Part shown: positions 1 through 11,460 of the stretch, in pieces
Numbering within the stretch: position 1 is the stretch's first letter
Layout of the letters: every line of letters starts with the position of its first letter
NCBI RefSeq assembly: GCF_006345805.1
Contig: NC_043016.1
Coordinates: forward strand, 27,466,001 to 27,530,000
From: Octopus sinensis
Lineage: Eukaryota
DNA length: 64,000 nucleotides
Reading direction: 5' to 3'
Position numbers and translations under genes: made by a program
The notes under the pieces: generated by a model
What the model was told of the DNA's origin: nothing
What the model saw: only the letters and a program-made list of their open reading frames with translations
Database searches by the model: none

Positions 1-760
1 GGTCTCACATACTTGGTAGGTGAGCAGCCTAACATAATTACTGTGGCATTCAAATTCTCTCAAAGTATTTCTGAAGGTTGTAAATCATCCACGTCATTGG
101 TAGTGCTTGGCCCAGCTTCTTCGTCAGTTTTGTAACGGGAGATTTTAATTAGTGTAGTTACCAATTGTAACGGGTAAGATTGATTAGGTATGCAATAATA
201 TGTAATGTTGGAGTCAGCAGTTGTAACAATAAAAATTTGTTGTTATAACAGCAAGTTGTAAGATGTGAAAGATGGACAATGCTTGAAGCTTTTAGAAAAT
301 ATTTATTTAACTCTTACATTGAATATATTACCTTGCCTCGACGGGCAGGTGATAAAAATCATAAAGCATGCAAAGTAAAGATAGATATAGATTTTCCTTG
401 CATAGTTTGTTTGTGTTCTTGTCATCGTTTAGTGGTAATTACAGAGAGAGATAGAATGATGTTGTAAGAGAGCAGAATTAGCGCTAGTGAGAGTGTGGGA
501 TGTCTTTCTTTTTCCCTCGGGCCATTTTGTCTGCCTGCTTCCATAATTCTAGTGGTCAGTTCACTAACTGATGTTAGCACTCTCTCAACTCACGAGTTGT
601 CACCAAAGTAACTAACTGTCTTTTGTTTACTGGTTCTTGTTTTTATAACTATCGATAAGGATAGACATATCATTGAGAACAATGGGCTTCGTTGGTGGTA
701 CTGTGATATCTCTATTCTAGCGTTTGGTGAAGTAGAAGAGGTTATAAGGGTCAAGTGATG
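1..760 (-). mobile_element. 5'-region remnant of a non-LTR retrotransposon related to the element at 59.1-60.9 kb
   Basis: Shares blocks with 60340-60650, e.g. agttaccaattgtaacggg and taaagcatgc(a/g)aagtaaaga...gatgttgta...gctagtga. Confidence 0.5.
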
Positions 761-929
761 AAGACATTATTTCAGCCTAGCTAAAGGCAATCTGGCAAAT
801 GTAAAACTGCTGTCAGAGAAAAACCAGTGTTCCACCATGAGAAAAGCTCTGTTGAACTGTTAATTTAAATTTGGCTATGGTGGATCAAATCCACTTCATG
901 CTTGAAAGATTCATTACAGTTTGGTAATT

Positions 930-1850
930 AGCCTGTGTATAATCCCCAACTCTTGTAAGGTCCCTCCAGCAACTTCAGCATAGTTTCTGTCCTGGCATCA
1001 ACCCCAGATTCTTGGCATTGTCTTCACTTACATTGTGGAGAGATCCTGAAAACACATTGTAATATATTATAAAATGTCAAATAAATGCAATAATGCATTA
1101 CAGTACAAATAAATGTTATAGTTTTTTTTAAATTGCATAACACATCACAACTTTGAAACATTGTAAGTCCTCTGGAAAATATCATTAATTTAAAAAGAAA
1201 TAATTTTTGCAGCATAACAAGATATGGACATTGAAAGATTAATGGCAGTTTATCTGTAGTTATGAACTTAGAATTTGTGCAGGATTTAGAACTTGCACGG
1301 TGTACCCATGTCCTAATAATTTGCAATATAAAAGATAAGACGTCACCAGGGCCTACTACCACCCTTACCTTCACCATCTTTATTTAGTACCTCATTAGTT
1401 TCAACCATTAACAAGAGTATAAAAAGATCATGCCTGTGATAAACTTATTAAAGGTTAATATAATTCTGACAAACAGATAGTACTGTATCTATCTTCTTCA
1501 GGTAATGGAGTAACACTATCTTAGGTCAATATTAATATCTTTCAAATTCTCTCATATATGTTTCGCAAATGAATAATTATACTATTATAACACTATTGAA
1601 ATACAATTATAGTATTATACTATTAACATACTATTATACTTATGTGATATCTTCTTTTTGTGAATGCTTTGGGATCTGCACATCACAGGCTTCCATAATG
1701 TGAAAGGAAAATTTTCTCATGATGAAAGCAAACATTGTCATCTTCATGCAGTGAATTAAAGCCATTTCATTGTCAGATAAAGAACTGCATTTCAAAAATC
1801 CCTGTTTTCTTGAATAATTTACTTCCAAGATTACACTGAGATATAGAACT
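930..1850 (-). pseudogene. Decayed ARL14EP-N-terminal-like Cys/His domain (probable transposon-derived ORF fossil)
   Basis: Minus-strand pieces: YSRKQGFLKCSSLSDNEMALI / NVCFHHEKIFLSHYGSL*CADP / SIHKKKISH (1640-1850) and GSLHNVSEDNAKNLGLMPGQKLC*SC (1046-966). Contains stops and frameshifts. Confidence 0.6.
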
Positions 1851-2739
1851 GGACACCATCATGGCAAGATGAGTACCTGAACATTTAATATAATGCATTA
1901 AAAATTCATTACTCTGAAAGGAAGCTCAGCAACAAAACCAGATTTCTGTCACATCATCTTCAGAAGTATAAGAATCTATGGTAAAAATTTTAAAATGCTA
2001 GTGAACTGTCCACATGGTCAACTAAGGGCATCAAAGTGGGCACATTTTGAAAAATTCTGAAATTGTGCATATTTCAAAAAATTATTCTGACACTCCCATA
2101 ATAGCAACTAACATGGTTACTGCTCAGAAATGGTCTACTACTATGCTAAGTAACTGAAAAACAATTGTGGTTGCTTTAGCTAGTGTGCCATTTGCAATAG
2201 AAATACCTAAAAGAGGCATACAGTTGCTGGACATTTAATTCTTGGCAATTTTCAGAGGCCTGTAGATGGAAAAATATATATGACACACTTGATTTGATAA
2301 GATGTTTGAACTCTACAGAAAAAGTTAGCCCCAAACACATGATTCAAAATAGTGCTTACCTTATTAGAGGAGAAATGGCTGTCTCAAGTTGGTCGAAGAA
2401 GTTCGTTTGGAAAAACATGTATAATTAATTGATATTTTAAAGGCCTACAATTTCAAAACTATTGAAGATATTGACCAAATACTTAATATAGGTACAAGAG
2501 CTAGTATGAATTTTTTCAGGGGTGGCTGAGGGGGATGACCTGGGAAATTTTTCTGAAACTGGGTGATTTGACATGGAATAACCCCAAATTTTGTCTGACT
2601 AATGCAAGCATGGAAAAGTGGATGTTAAATGATGATGGTGATGCTTATCATATACATTAAGACACACGTGTATACAAATATATGTGTGTATAATATATAT
2701 GTATTTTTTTCTGTGCGGTGTAGTCTATAGTCTGCTTAG

Positions 2740-3760
2740 AATATCTGGCATTGTAGGCTATAGTCTAGTTACCTGTATAGTCAACTAGGTGATACATGAA
2801 GGTGTCATATCCACTGACTGATGAGTAGCACCATAGCTACAAAGGTAAAGGTGACGCATTAGATAGGAATAATTACAGAGGTGTCAAATTGTTGGATCAG
2901 GTGATGAAAGTCACAGAGAGGGTCATAGCCCAACTAATTAGGAAGAGAGTTAGTTTAGACCACTGATGCTATATTTCTGGTAAGACAGCTGCAGGAGAAA
3001 ATCTTTGACAGAGTCCTCCAATCCCTTATCTGGTGGTCAATGTGGAAACTAGGGATAAATGAGCAGTTGGTGAGAGCTGTATAAGCTATGTACATAGATG
3101 CTGTCAGTAAGGTGAGGGTTGGCAATGAGTATAGTGAAGAATTCTGGATAGAAGTAGTGGGTTCACCAAGGATCAGTCTTCAGCCACCCCTATTCATCAT
3201 AGTCTTCCAGGCAATAACAGAGGAATTCAAGACAGGCTTCCTCTGGGAGCTCTTCTGTGCTGATGACCTTACTCTAATAGCAAAGTTCAGAGAGCTCCTA
3301 CCTCTGCTGTTAACAAAAGGGCTCTTGTTCAGAATGAAAGGTAGACCGTATGATGCCTGTGTGCAAACAGCCATGCTATATGGCAGTTAAACATGGGCTG
3401 TGACTGCTAAGGACATGGGTAGGCTTGAAAGAAATGAAACTAGTATGCTCCACGGGTTGTATAATGTCAGTGTGCATATACAACAGAGTGTAAGCACCTG
3501 GAGACAAAAATTGGACATAAGAAGCATCAGATGTGGTGTGCAAGAGAGACGACTGTGTTGGTATGGTCATGTGTTACATATGAATGCGGACAGCTGTGTG
3601 AAGAAGTGTCACACCCTAACAGTGGAGGGAATCTGTGGATGAGGTAGACTCAGGAAGACATGCGATGAGGTGGTGAAGCATGACCTTCAAACATTGGGTT
3701 TCACAGTGGCAATGACAAGCGACTGAAACTTTTGGAGACATGCTGTGAGATCATGGCCGA
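2740..3760 (+). mobile_element. Degenerate RTE-clade LINE reverse transcriptase / 3' region
   Basis: Fragments YKGKGDALDRNNYRGVKLLDQVMKVTERV, WELFCADDL, AMLYGS, RRLCWYGHVLHM, with multiple stops and deletions. Confidence 0.85.
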
Positions 3761-4974
3761 TGCCAGTGTCTCATAACTGACCCATTTAAGAGTACCTGCT
3801 GTGCTTGAGAAGACCTGAAAAAGCCAACTATAATTGTAGTTGTGGCTGATGCCAGTGCCACCGAACTGGCACATTTGCCAGTGGCATATAATAAGCACCT
3901 TTTAAGTGTGGTTGATGGCAGTCCTAATATTGGGGCATATAAGCTCTTGATGGGGAAAAATGGGTATTAGTAGGTGTGGGAACTGATTCCCACACCTACT
4001 AATGCTCATTTTTTCCCATCAAGGGCTTATATGCCCCAATATCAGACCATTTTATTACACCCAATATACACTAAATTTATGATTATTATTTACAAAATAT
4101 ATATCACTTGTTCCTTATATAAATATATATATATTGTGATTGTATGTAGTTGTATCCTCTGCAGTGGATATTCCAAGTGCATTTGGATGGTGAACCACAA
4201 ACAAGGCCATGCACTAAAACATATATATATATGACAGACATGGAAGTCAAACTGTCCAACCCATGCTAGGCATGGCAAGCAGACATTAAGCAGTGATAAT
4301 GATGATGCTGATGATGGTGATATACAAATCGAGGCTGTTCGTTCTTCAGTAGACTAGAAGAATGTTACCTTGCTCGAAAACAGCTCATGGTTTGTACTAG
4401 GAAATGCATTTGGCTGTAGAGTAGTTTGCCCAACAGACTTTCATCTAACTATGCAAGCATGGACAAATAAACCTTAAAATGCTAATGATAAAAGATATAT
4501 ATATGTGTGTGTGTGTGTGTGTACTAATATATAGTGTTTCTTGTGTGTACAGTTAGATATATGACTGCTAGTAGAGAATTTAGAGCTTTGCATAAAGTAT
4601 CATCATCGAATCTACTTTCAGTAGAGTGGTGTTGTTACTTAGCAGTGTTACTGGTTATGATATACAGATCAGATGTAGGATAAAGTTTGATAAATACAAG
4701 ATGTAGCTTGTACCACTTGTTCCTTATATATACACATGTGTATGTGTGTGCGTGTATATTGTGATTTTACTTATTTTGCATCTTCTGCAGTCGATATTCT
4801 AAATGCATTATTTGCATCCTCTGCAGTTGACATTCAGGGACACATTTTAATACATTATGTTCTACACAGATCAAATGCTTGAAGATGGACAGTTTCTGGA
4901 AGGGAAATAGAGAGCAAAAGAAAGAGAGAAAAGAGAGAAAAAAGGATCTGATGCTGAAAACAGGGGTATTCTTA

Positions 4975-5202
4975 GGTGAGCTGGCAGAATTGTTAGCACG
5001 ACGGTTGAAACGCTTAGCGGTATTTCATCTGCTGCTACGTTCTGAGTTCAAAATCCGCCGAAGTCGACTTTGCCTTTCATCCTTTCAGGGTTGATAAAAT
5101 AAGTACCAGTTACGCACTGGGGTCGATATAATTGCCTTAATCCGTTTGTCTGTCCTTGTTTGTCCTCTCTGTGTTTAGCCCCTTGTGGGTAGTAAAGAAA
5201 TA
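4975..5202 (+). mobile_element. tRNA-derived SINE, family A (Meta/MESC-like central domain)
   Basis: Head gagctggcagaa...ctgagttcaaa and core gcctttcatcctttc..gg.tgataaaataagtaccag. TSD-like ggtattctta (4965-4974) / ggttttctta (5203-5212). Confidence 0.85.
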
Positions 5203-5428
5203 GGTTTTCTTAAAAATATGAGAGAGAAAGAGGTGCTAAAAAAAGATGGAGTGGAAGGAATTATGGTAAGTGTTTTCAAGAGGAAGGGCCTATGGTTGTG
5301 AAAAACTCTGCCTCAACATACTTTTGTCTGAACTATACAATGATGATTATGAAAATGAATTTGTAAACTGACAGAAATGTTTGTCCTGTGAGTGTTACAT
5401 TTAAAGTATGTCTTTTGTTTATTTCCAG

Positions 5429-5568
5429 CAAGAAGATCTCGTTGCCTTGGGTAAAGTTGTGCTTGCTTTGGCATGCAATTCCATCATGGCAATACAGCGT
5501 GAGCAGGTTTCGAACTCGCTGGAGCTTGTGGCACGCAATTATTCAACAGATTTGAAGAATTTAATCTT
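5429..5568 (+). CDS. PAN3: PAN3 internal exon (end of pseudokinase domain): QEDLVALGKVVLALACNSIMAIQREQVSNSLELVARNYSTDLKNLI(L)
   Basis: Acceptor tttccAG at 5427-5428 and donor GTatgt at 5569; phase 0 start, phase 2 end. The peptide matches the recalled PAN3 motif QADLISLGKVVLALACNSL...NYSSDLKNLIL. Upstream exons are not in this window. Confidence 0.96.
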
Positions 5569-6337
5569 GTATGTTTTCTTTTGTTTACCTTTTTTGCTTC
5601 ATTATGTGGTTTAAAAGACTGGATGTTCAGCATGTTTGTTAATAGTGTTTGATGTTTGCTTTAATGGAAACTATGTTGTTTATAATACACATCCCAACAC
5701 TTAGCATTCTACTGTCTTCCACCACACACCCACCCACCACTTCAAATGCCTCATGTCTGAAGCATCCACCTCATCAACACTACTTTTATCTTATTCCAGC
5801 TCCATCCTAGTTACTCTCGACCACTCTTCAACCCAATCCTTACAATTGTTGTGTACCTCCTCTCTCCTTACATGTTTGCTGTCTCTTATTCCCCCATACA
5901 TTCTTACAATTTCTACTTACAAAAACCCCTGATCCCTCTGTCACACTCATTCTTATCTACTTGTACCTTGAGGATCCATCCTGACACCTCATCACAACCA
6001 TTTTTACTTTTCTTCCACTCCACCCAATCTTTACAGCAAGAAACCTGGCCCCTTCTCTCACATTTTAACCCCCTATCTCCTAGTTTAAAGCCGCCTTTCT
6101 CTCTACTGTTTCCCACGCAATAAAGTAGTACCTTTGTCATGCAGGCTGCATGGCACCTCACTAGTGCTGATGTCATGAAAATGGTACCCTGTGTGCTTTG
6201 TAAAGTGCTTAGCATTAGGGAGGACATCTAGCCATAGAAACCATACCAAAACAGACAATGGAGCAGGATGCAATCTTTGGACCCACTGGATCCTGTTAAA
6301 CCATTCAACTCGAGCCATGAGTTAAATGATGATGATG

Positions 6338-6387
<50 letters not shown>

Positions 6388-6835
6388 TACACATGCACAC
6401 ATCACTCCTCATCATTATCATAATTGTGCTCCAATGTCTGCTTTGGAATGGTTTCTACAGCTTGATGCCCCTTCCTAACATTAACCACTTAACAGAGTGT
6501 ATCGGGTGCTTTTATTTTTCCTTCATGGCACCAGCACTAATGAAGCCACCATGCAGCTTGCAAGACTACAAACTCCAGGTGTGAGTGTTTGCTTTATGCT
6601 AAGAGATGACGTGTAGCAGTATGAGAGAAGGAGCCAGAACAGACTACATGATTGCTTAGATTTTAGAAGAGTGGGTGAGAGAGATCGGGTTGGAACTGGA
6701 AAAAGATGAAAATGCTATTGATAAGGTGTCAGGGTAGACATTCAAGACATGAGTTGGGCAGAGAGACCATAAGTTTTTGTAGGTGGGAAGGCAGAGGTTG
6801 TAAGAGTGTATGGGGAAATGAGAAATAAGGATTGT

Positions 6836-7061
6836 TTAACTCTTTAGCATTCAGATTATTCTATCAAATATAATGTTTATTTAATCATGTTGTTTTGAAT
6901 TAATCATGTATTATCTTGTAGCTTTGTGATTTTAAATGATGTGACTACAGTTTTTAGAGTGGCATTGTAGGATCCATGTGAGAGGCTGAATCTGGCAGGT
7001 TTGAACATAAACTGGTAGAATATTTGAGCCATATATGATCAGTTTAAATGCTAAAGAGTTA
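6836..7061 (+). mobile_element. TTAA-type MITE (TIR CYCTTTAGCATT)
   Basis: ttaactctttagcatt ... aatgctaaagagtta. Related copies at ~15271-15646, ~16700-16947 and ~36794-36958. Confidence 0.75.
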
Positions 7062-7489
7062 CAGAGAGGAGAGGTAGATGAAAACTGCGAAGACTGAGTA
7101 AGACTGAAGAGCGGATGTAGTGAATAGTGGATAAGAGGTGTGGAATAACCAATGATGCATGAGTTGTAGGTAGAATGGGGTGCAGAAGAAAGTGAGGGAG
7201 AGCAGCAGGTTGGTAATGATAATGCATTAGGGAAGGGGAAGACAAGAGAGATGACATGTGGTTGGATAAGTTGTTATCCATCCTTCATCCATTAACATTG
7301 TTCTCTTTGTCTTCACTTTACATTAATTACTTCTACCAAGCCACCAAATTATCTCTCCTCCTCTACCACTATACAAATCTCTTGTTATGCACAATGCATG
7401 AGAAGAGAGTAATGTTGTGATGGGTTTTAAGGAAGAGCTGCAGTTGGTGTGTGGTAGTGTAATTTGAGGAGAATATTAAGCAAAGCACA

Positions 7490-8062
7490 CATCTGTTCTA
7501 TGCTTCAATCGCTATCTCAGTCGGAAGATTCAAATATCATCCTGCTCAATAAAGAAGATTGTTCCATATGCCTCTTATCTCACCCATATAAGCTGTTTAC
7601 AAAAGTCATAATCACTCGCCTATCAAAACATTTTGATAGCCAACAGCCGAGAGAGCAAGCAGGTTTCCATAAGATCTGTAGTACAATAGATCACATATTC
7701 ATTCTAACACAGTTTATAGAATGGGCGAATGAATACAACTTACTCTGTGCATCACTTTTGTTGGTTATGTAAAGGCCTTCAATAGCTTTGAGATGAATGC
7801 AGTGTTGAAATCTCTGGAAAAGCAAGATGTCAAAGCACTATACATCTAATTGCTCAGAAATACAAACTCTGGATGCACAATAGATAATAGCTCTGCTATC
7901 TTGAGAAGGGTGTCTAACAAAGATACACCAACTCTTCAAAGCTCTTTACTGCATATCTAGAAATAGTCATCAAGGACATTAAATGGACAGGTGGTGTGAA
8001 CATCAATGGCAAACAACTAACACACCTTTGGTTTGCAGATGACATTGTACTCCTCACTAAAG
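7490..8062 (+). mobile_element. RTE-1-like LINE reverse transcriptase fragment
   Basis: ICLLSHPYKLFTKVI..RL...QQPREQAGF...STIDHIF...KAF...NINGKQLTHLWFADDIVLL; degenerate. Confidence 0.85.
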
Positions 8063-8856
8063 CCACAGATCAGGTTTTATTTCACTTTAACTCATTTGAA
8101 TTTCTGTTGAAATACTCAACCTTTGTTACAATTAATTTTGAACATAATAAAGAATTTAGTAAAAAAAAAACTTTGTCATTATTAAGCTGGTGTTTAAGAC
8201 ATTAATTAATGTGAAATTTTGATGGAAGGTTTTAATTTAAATTATTTTACACATGAAGTTTTCTATCATGGAACCACTGGTGGTTGGACAGGTTGGGATG
8301 TCAACTGTACAATGTCCTAAGAATAGTTTTGAGAGTGACTTCCCTTGCATGAGGCCTTAAAGACAGAGTGCAATAAGTTAAAAAGCAAATGTTTAAGATT
8401 GAAGTATTATAATCACAAGATGTAGCTCATGAGGTGATAAGTGGAAGTACAGAAAGAATGGAGAGCAGCAGTATAATAGAACTGTAAATAGATGAGAAAT
8501 AAATGATTTAAAGTTTGGTGGAGAGAGAGAGAGAGAGAGAGAGAGAAGGGTACCAGAAACAGATATGGAATCTATGTGTTTGTGTCTTTGGGTCTGTTTG
8601 TTTCCACCATGGTCAGTTGACAACCAATGTTCGTGTGTTTACATCCATCATAACCTAGTGATTTGGCAAAAGAGACTGATAGAATAAGTATTAAGGCTTA
8701 CAAAGAATAAGTCCAGGAGTCAATTTTTTCAACTAAAATTCCTTTAAGGCAGTGCTCCAGCATGGCTGCAATCAAATGACTGAAACAAGTTAAAGAATGA
8801 AATTTTGCATGGCCACAGCTCATAAGCTGAAACTGGAAAAATCAAAAAATCAAAAT

Positions 8857-8899
<43 letters not shown>

Positions 8900-9155
8900 G
8901 ATAGTTTTCTTTGCTACACCATCACTGCTATCTTGTCTTTGTCTTCCTAGTTATTACTACACTCCTTGTTGAGTGACCGTGAGTGTGTATAATAATAAAA
9001 GCAAAATTCTGTCTGTCTGTCTGGGACCACAGTATCTCAGAAAGGTGTGCTCAAAATGTGTAGAGGATACGTGTGTATGTATATGAATACATGCATGTAT
9101 ATGTTTAATGTAAGTATATGCCCTGCTTTTACTACTTTTAATAAATCCATTGCAG

Positions 9156-9285
9156 ATACCTAATGGGATCACAACGACGACAGCGCAGTGTTAACGATAT
9201 AATGCCAATGATTGGTGCAAGGTTTTACACACAGCTTGATGCTGCGCAACTACGCAGTGATGTTGTTGAGAATGAGTTGGCAAAG
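9156..9285 (+). CDS. PAN3: PAN3 exon (coiled coil): (L)YLMGSQRRQRSVNDIMPMIGARFYTQLDAAQLRSDVVENELAK
   Basis: Acceptor ttgcAG at 9154-9155 and donor GTaagc at 9286. The 130 nt continue the frame (tt+a = Leu). Contains the PAN3 SVNDIMPMIGARFYTQLD motif. Confidence 0.97.
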
Positions 9286-10102
9286 GTAAGCTTGCTTAAA
9301 CTTCGATCTAAAAGTTGAGATATTTTACATGAAAAATATCTCAACTTTTAGAGCGAGAAATCTCCCTCTCTCTATCTGTCTCCAAGTTCTCTCTATCTTA
9401 TGCTTTCCCCTCTGTACATATATATTTCACTCTCTCTATGTATATCTATATCTCTCATACATGATGCTCATCCTCTCTTTTGATATGACGTGTAATTGTT
9501 CCCATTTTGTTTAGAACTTCTTATTTGTAACGTTTTTACTTTCATTTTATGATAGGCGGGCGTGAAGAAGCGGACGTCCAGAGGCGGGACGGCGCTTCGA
9601 AGCATCGTTCCCGGGTCGGGTCCGTGCGTTCACCGCGACGCTCGCGTCTGGCGTTCCCGCTCTGACTCAGGTGTAGCAGGCGGCCGGGGACCCAAAAGAT
9701 GGCGAACCAAATTTGAAAATTTTCACTTAATTTTAAAATTTCAAAATCTGTAACAACAGGAAAGATCTCTCTTTTTGTCAGTGACTTTTCTCATTGGAAA
9801 CTTTCATACTCTCTTGCTCTTTCTCTATATGTATATCACTCACACTGGGTGCATGTCTGTGCGTGTGTATGCAAGTGTGTAAAGATCATTAGAGCAACAG
9901 TGAACTAAGAAAAATCTTTACATCTATGCACTACATGGAAAAACAAAAATTTATAAATTGCCCCAAATGGTGCAGATATCAGTTCTGATCAAGAGGCCTT
10001 TCCATCAGAGAAGGCATGGTCTGACATGGAATGAAAAAAAAAAATGAAAGAAAGTCATTCTATTGTGAAAATTGCCTGGTAACAATGGGATATTCAGCTA
10101 GT

Positions 10103-10142
<40 letters not shown>

Positions 10143-10143
10143 G

Positions 10144-11166
10144 AACTATGGTTGCAGAACAAACAAATACAAGGTCATCCACGTAACATTTCATATCTCG
10201 AACATTTAATCACATAATGCTTTTTCTTTCACACAGAATATACATGTATAACATCACGGAAGATGAAACATAACTCATCAATACAAGCATATAAGAAAAT
10301 GCAAGAAAAATGTGTGAATACAGTTCATCACGGTTAAAAGTTAATACTTTAGCGATTAAGAAATATATATTTTTTTAAAAACATTACAACATCTAGAATA
10401 ATAAATACGTAAAAATATAAAGTAATATATAAATATATAGATATATTAAAAATATATAAAAATACATATGTATAGGAAGCATATAAATAAGTAATATATA
10501 AACTTTTTTTTTTACTGCTTTAATTCTTTCATTTGGGCTGGTCTAAGCATGACTTCTTAAATAAGAAACCACGCAATACTGGTTAAGGAGGTCTCGCCCT
10601 GGTACGTGATGTCTGTCTCTCTATTTTTTCCCCTGACGAAGGAGTAGTTATTGTGATGCACCCTCGTGCATTAAATACAGTGATGTACCCCTGAAATGGC
10701 CATAGGGAATGTAAATATGGTTTCTTTTTTGCTTGGACACTGGCTTTTAACTATAGGTTTCCCTTATCTGAAAAGTAATTTTTAATGAAAAAAATTTCTA
10801 AACGATGAACTTTTATCTTACCTTATATATTATATATTACTTATTTATATGCTTCCTATACATATGTATTTTTATATATTTTTTATATATCTATATATTT
10901 ATATATTACTTTATATTTTTACGTATTTATTATTCTAGGTGTTGTAATGTTTTTAAAAAAATCTATATTTCTTAATCGCTAAAGTATTAACTTTTAACCG
11001 TGATGAACTGTATTCACACATTTTTCTTGCATTTTCTTATATGCTTGTACTGATGAGTTATGTTTCATCTTCCGAGATGTTATACATGTATATTCTATGA
11101 TTAAATGTTCGAGATATGAAATGTTACGTGGATGACCTTGTATTTGTTTGTTCTGCAACCATAGTT
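10144..11166. repeat. Long inverted repeat (arms 10144-10500 and 10831-11166, 330-bp spacer), PLE-type
   Basis: The arms are reverse complements with about five substitutions and one ~21-nt indel by eye. The spacer carries a hammerhead motif. Confidence 0.95.
10628..10709 (+). ncRNA. Type I hammerhead ribozyme motif
   Basis: Stem I TTCCC (10628-32) / GGGAA (10705-09); core CTGACGA 10633-39; stem II AGGAGTA/TACCCCT (one mismatch); GAAA 10693-96; palindromic stem III TGGCCA; U10703, A10704 (AUA site). Confidence 0.75.
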
Positions 11167-11253
11167 TAATATATTTGTCTCATTCAATTGAGCACTTCTA
11201 TAGCAGTCCTATTAAACATTTTGTTCAAGATAAGAAACAATCACTGTATTATT

Positions 11254-11310
<57 letters not shown>

Positions 11311-11317
11311 ATGTGTG

Positions 11318-11460
11318 TGTGATATATCTTGACTTTGCAAAGGCCTTTGATAAAGTCAGTCATGGACTGATATGTCACAAGCTGTGTGACTTCAGCATAG
11401 TTGGAAAACTTGGAGAATGTCTACATGACTTTAAAAAATAGAAGTTGGGCAGTCATAACA
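11318..11460 (+). mobile_element. CR1/L2-like RT fragment
   Basis: DIYLDFAKAFDKVSHGLICHKLCDFSIVGKLGECLHDF. Confidence 0.75.

Noticed and set aside
60-130. Minus-strand CTGACGA...GAAA
   Set aside because: No stem I or III pairing; it is within a LINE-derived region.
2817-2846. CTGATGA-GTAGC-accata-GCTAC, resembling a hammerhead core and stem II
   Set aside because: It is followed by AAAG rather than GAAA, has no stems I or III, and lies inside degenerate RTE RT coding sequence.
5408-5614. 68-aa ORF as a standalone gene
   Set aside because: It is a PAN3 exon plus read-through into flanking introns.
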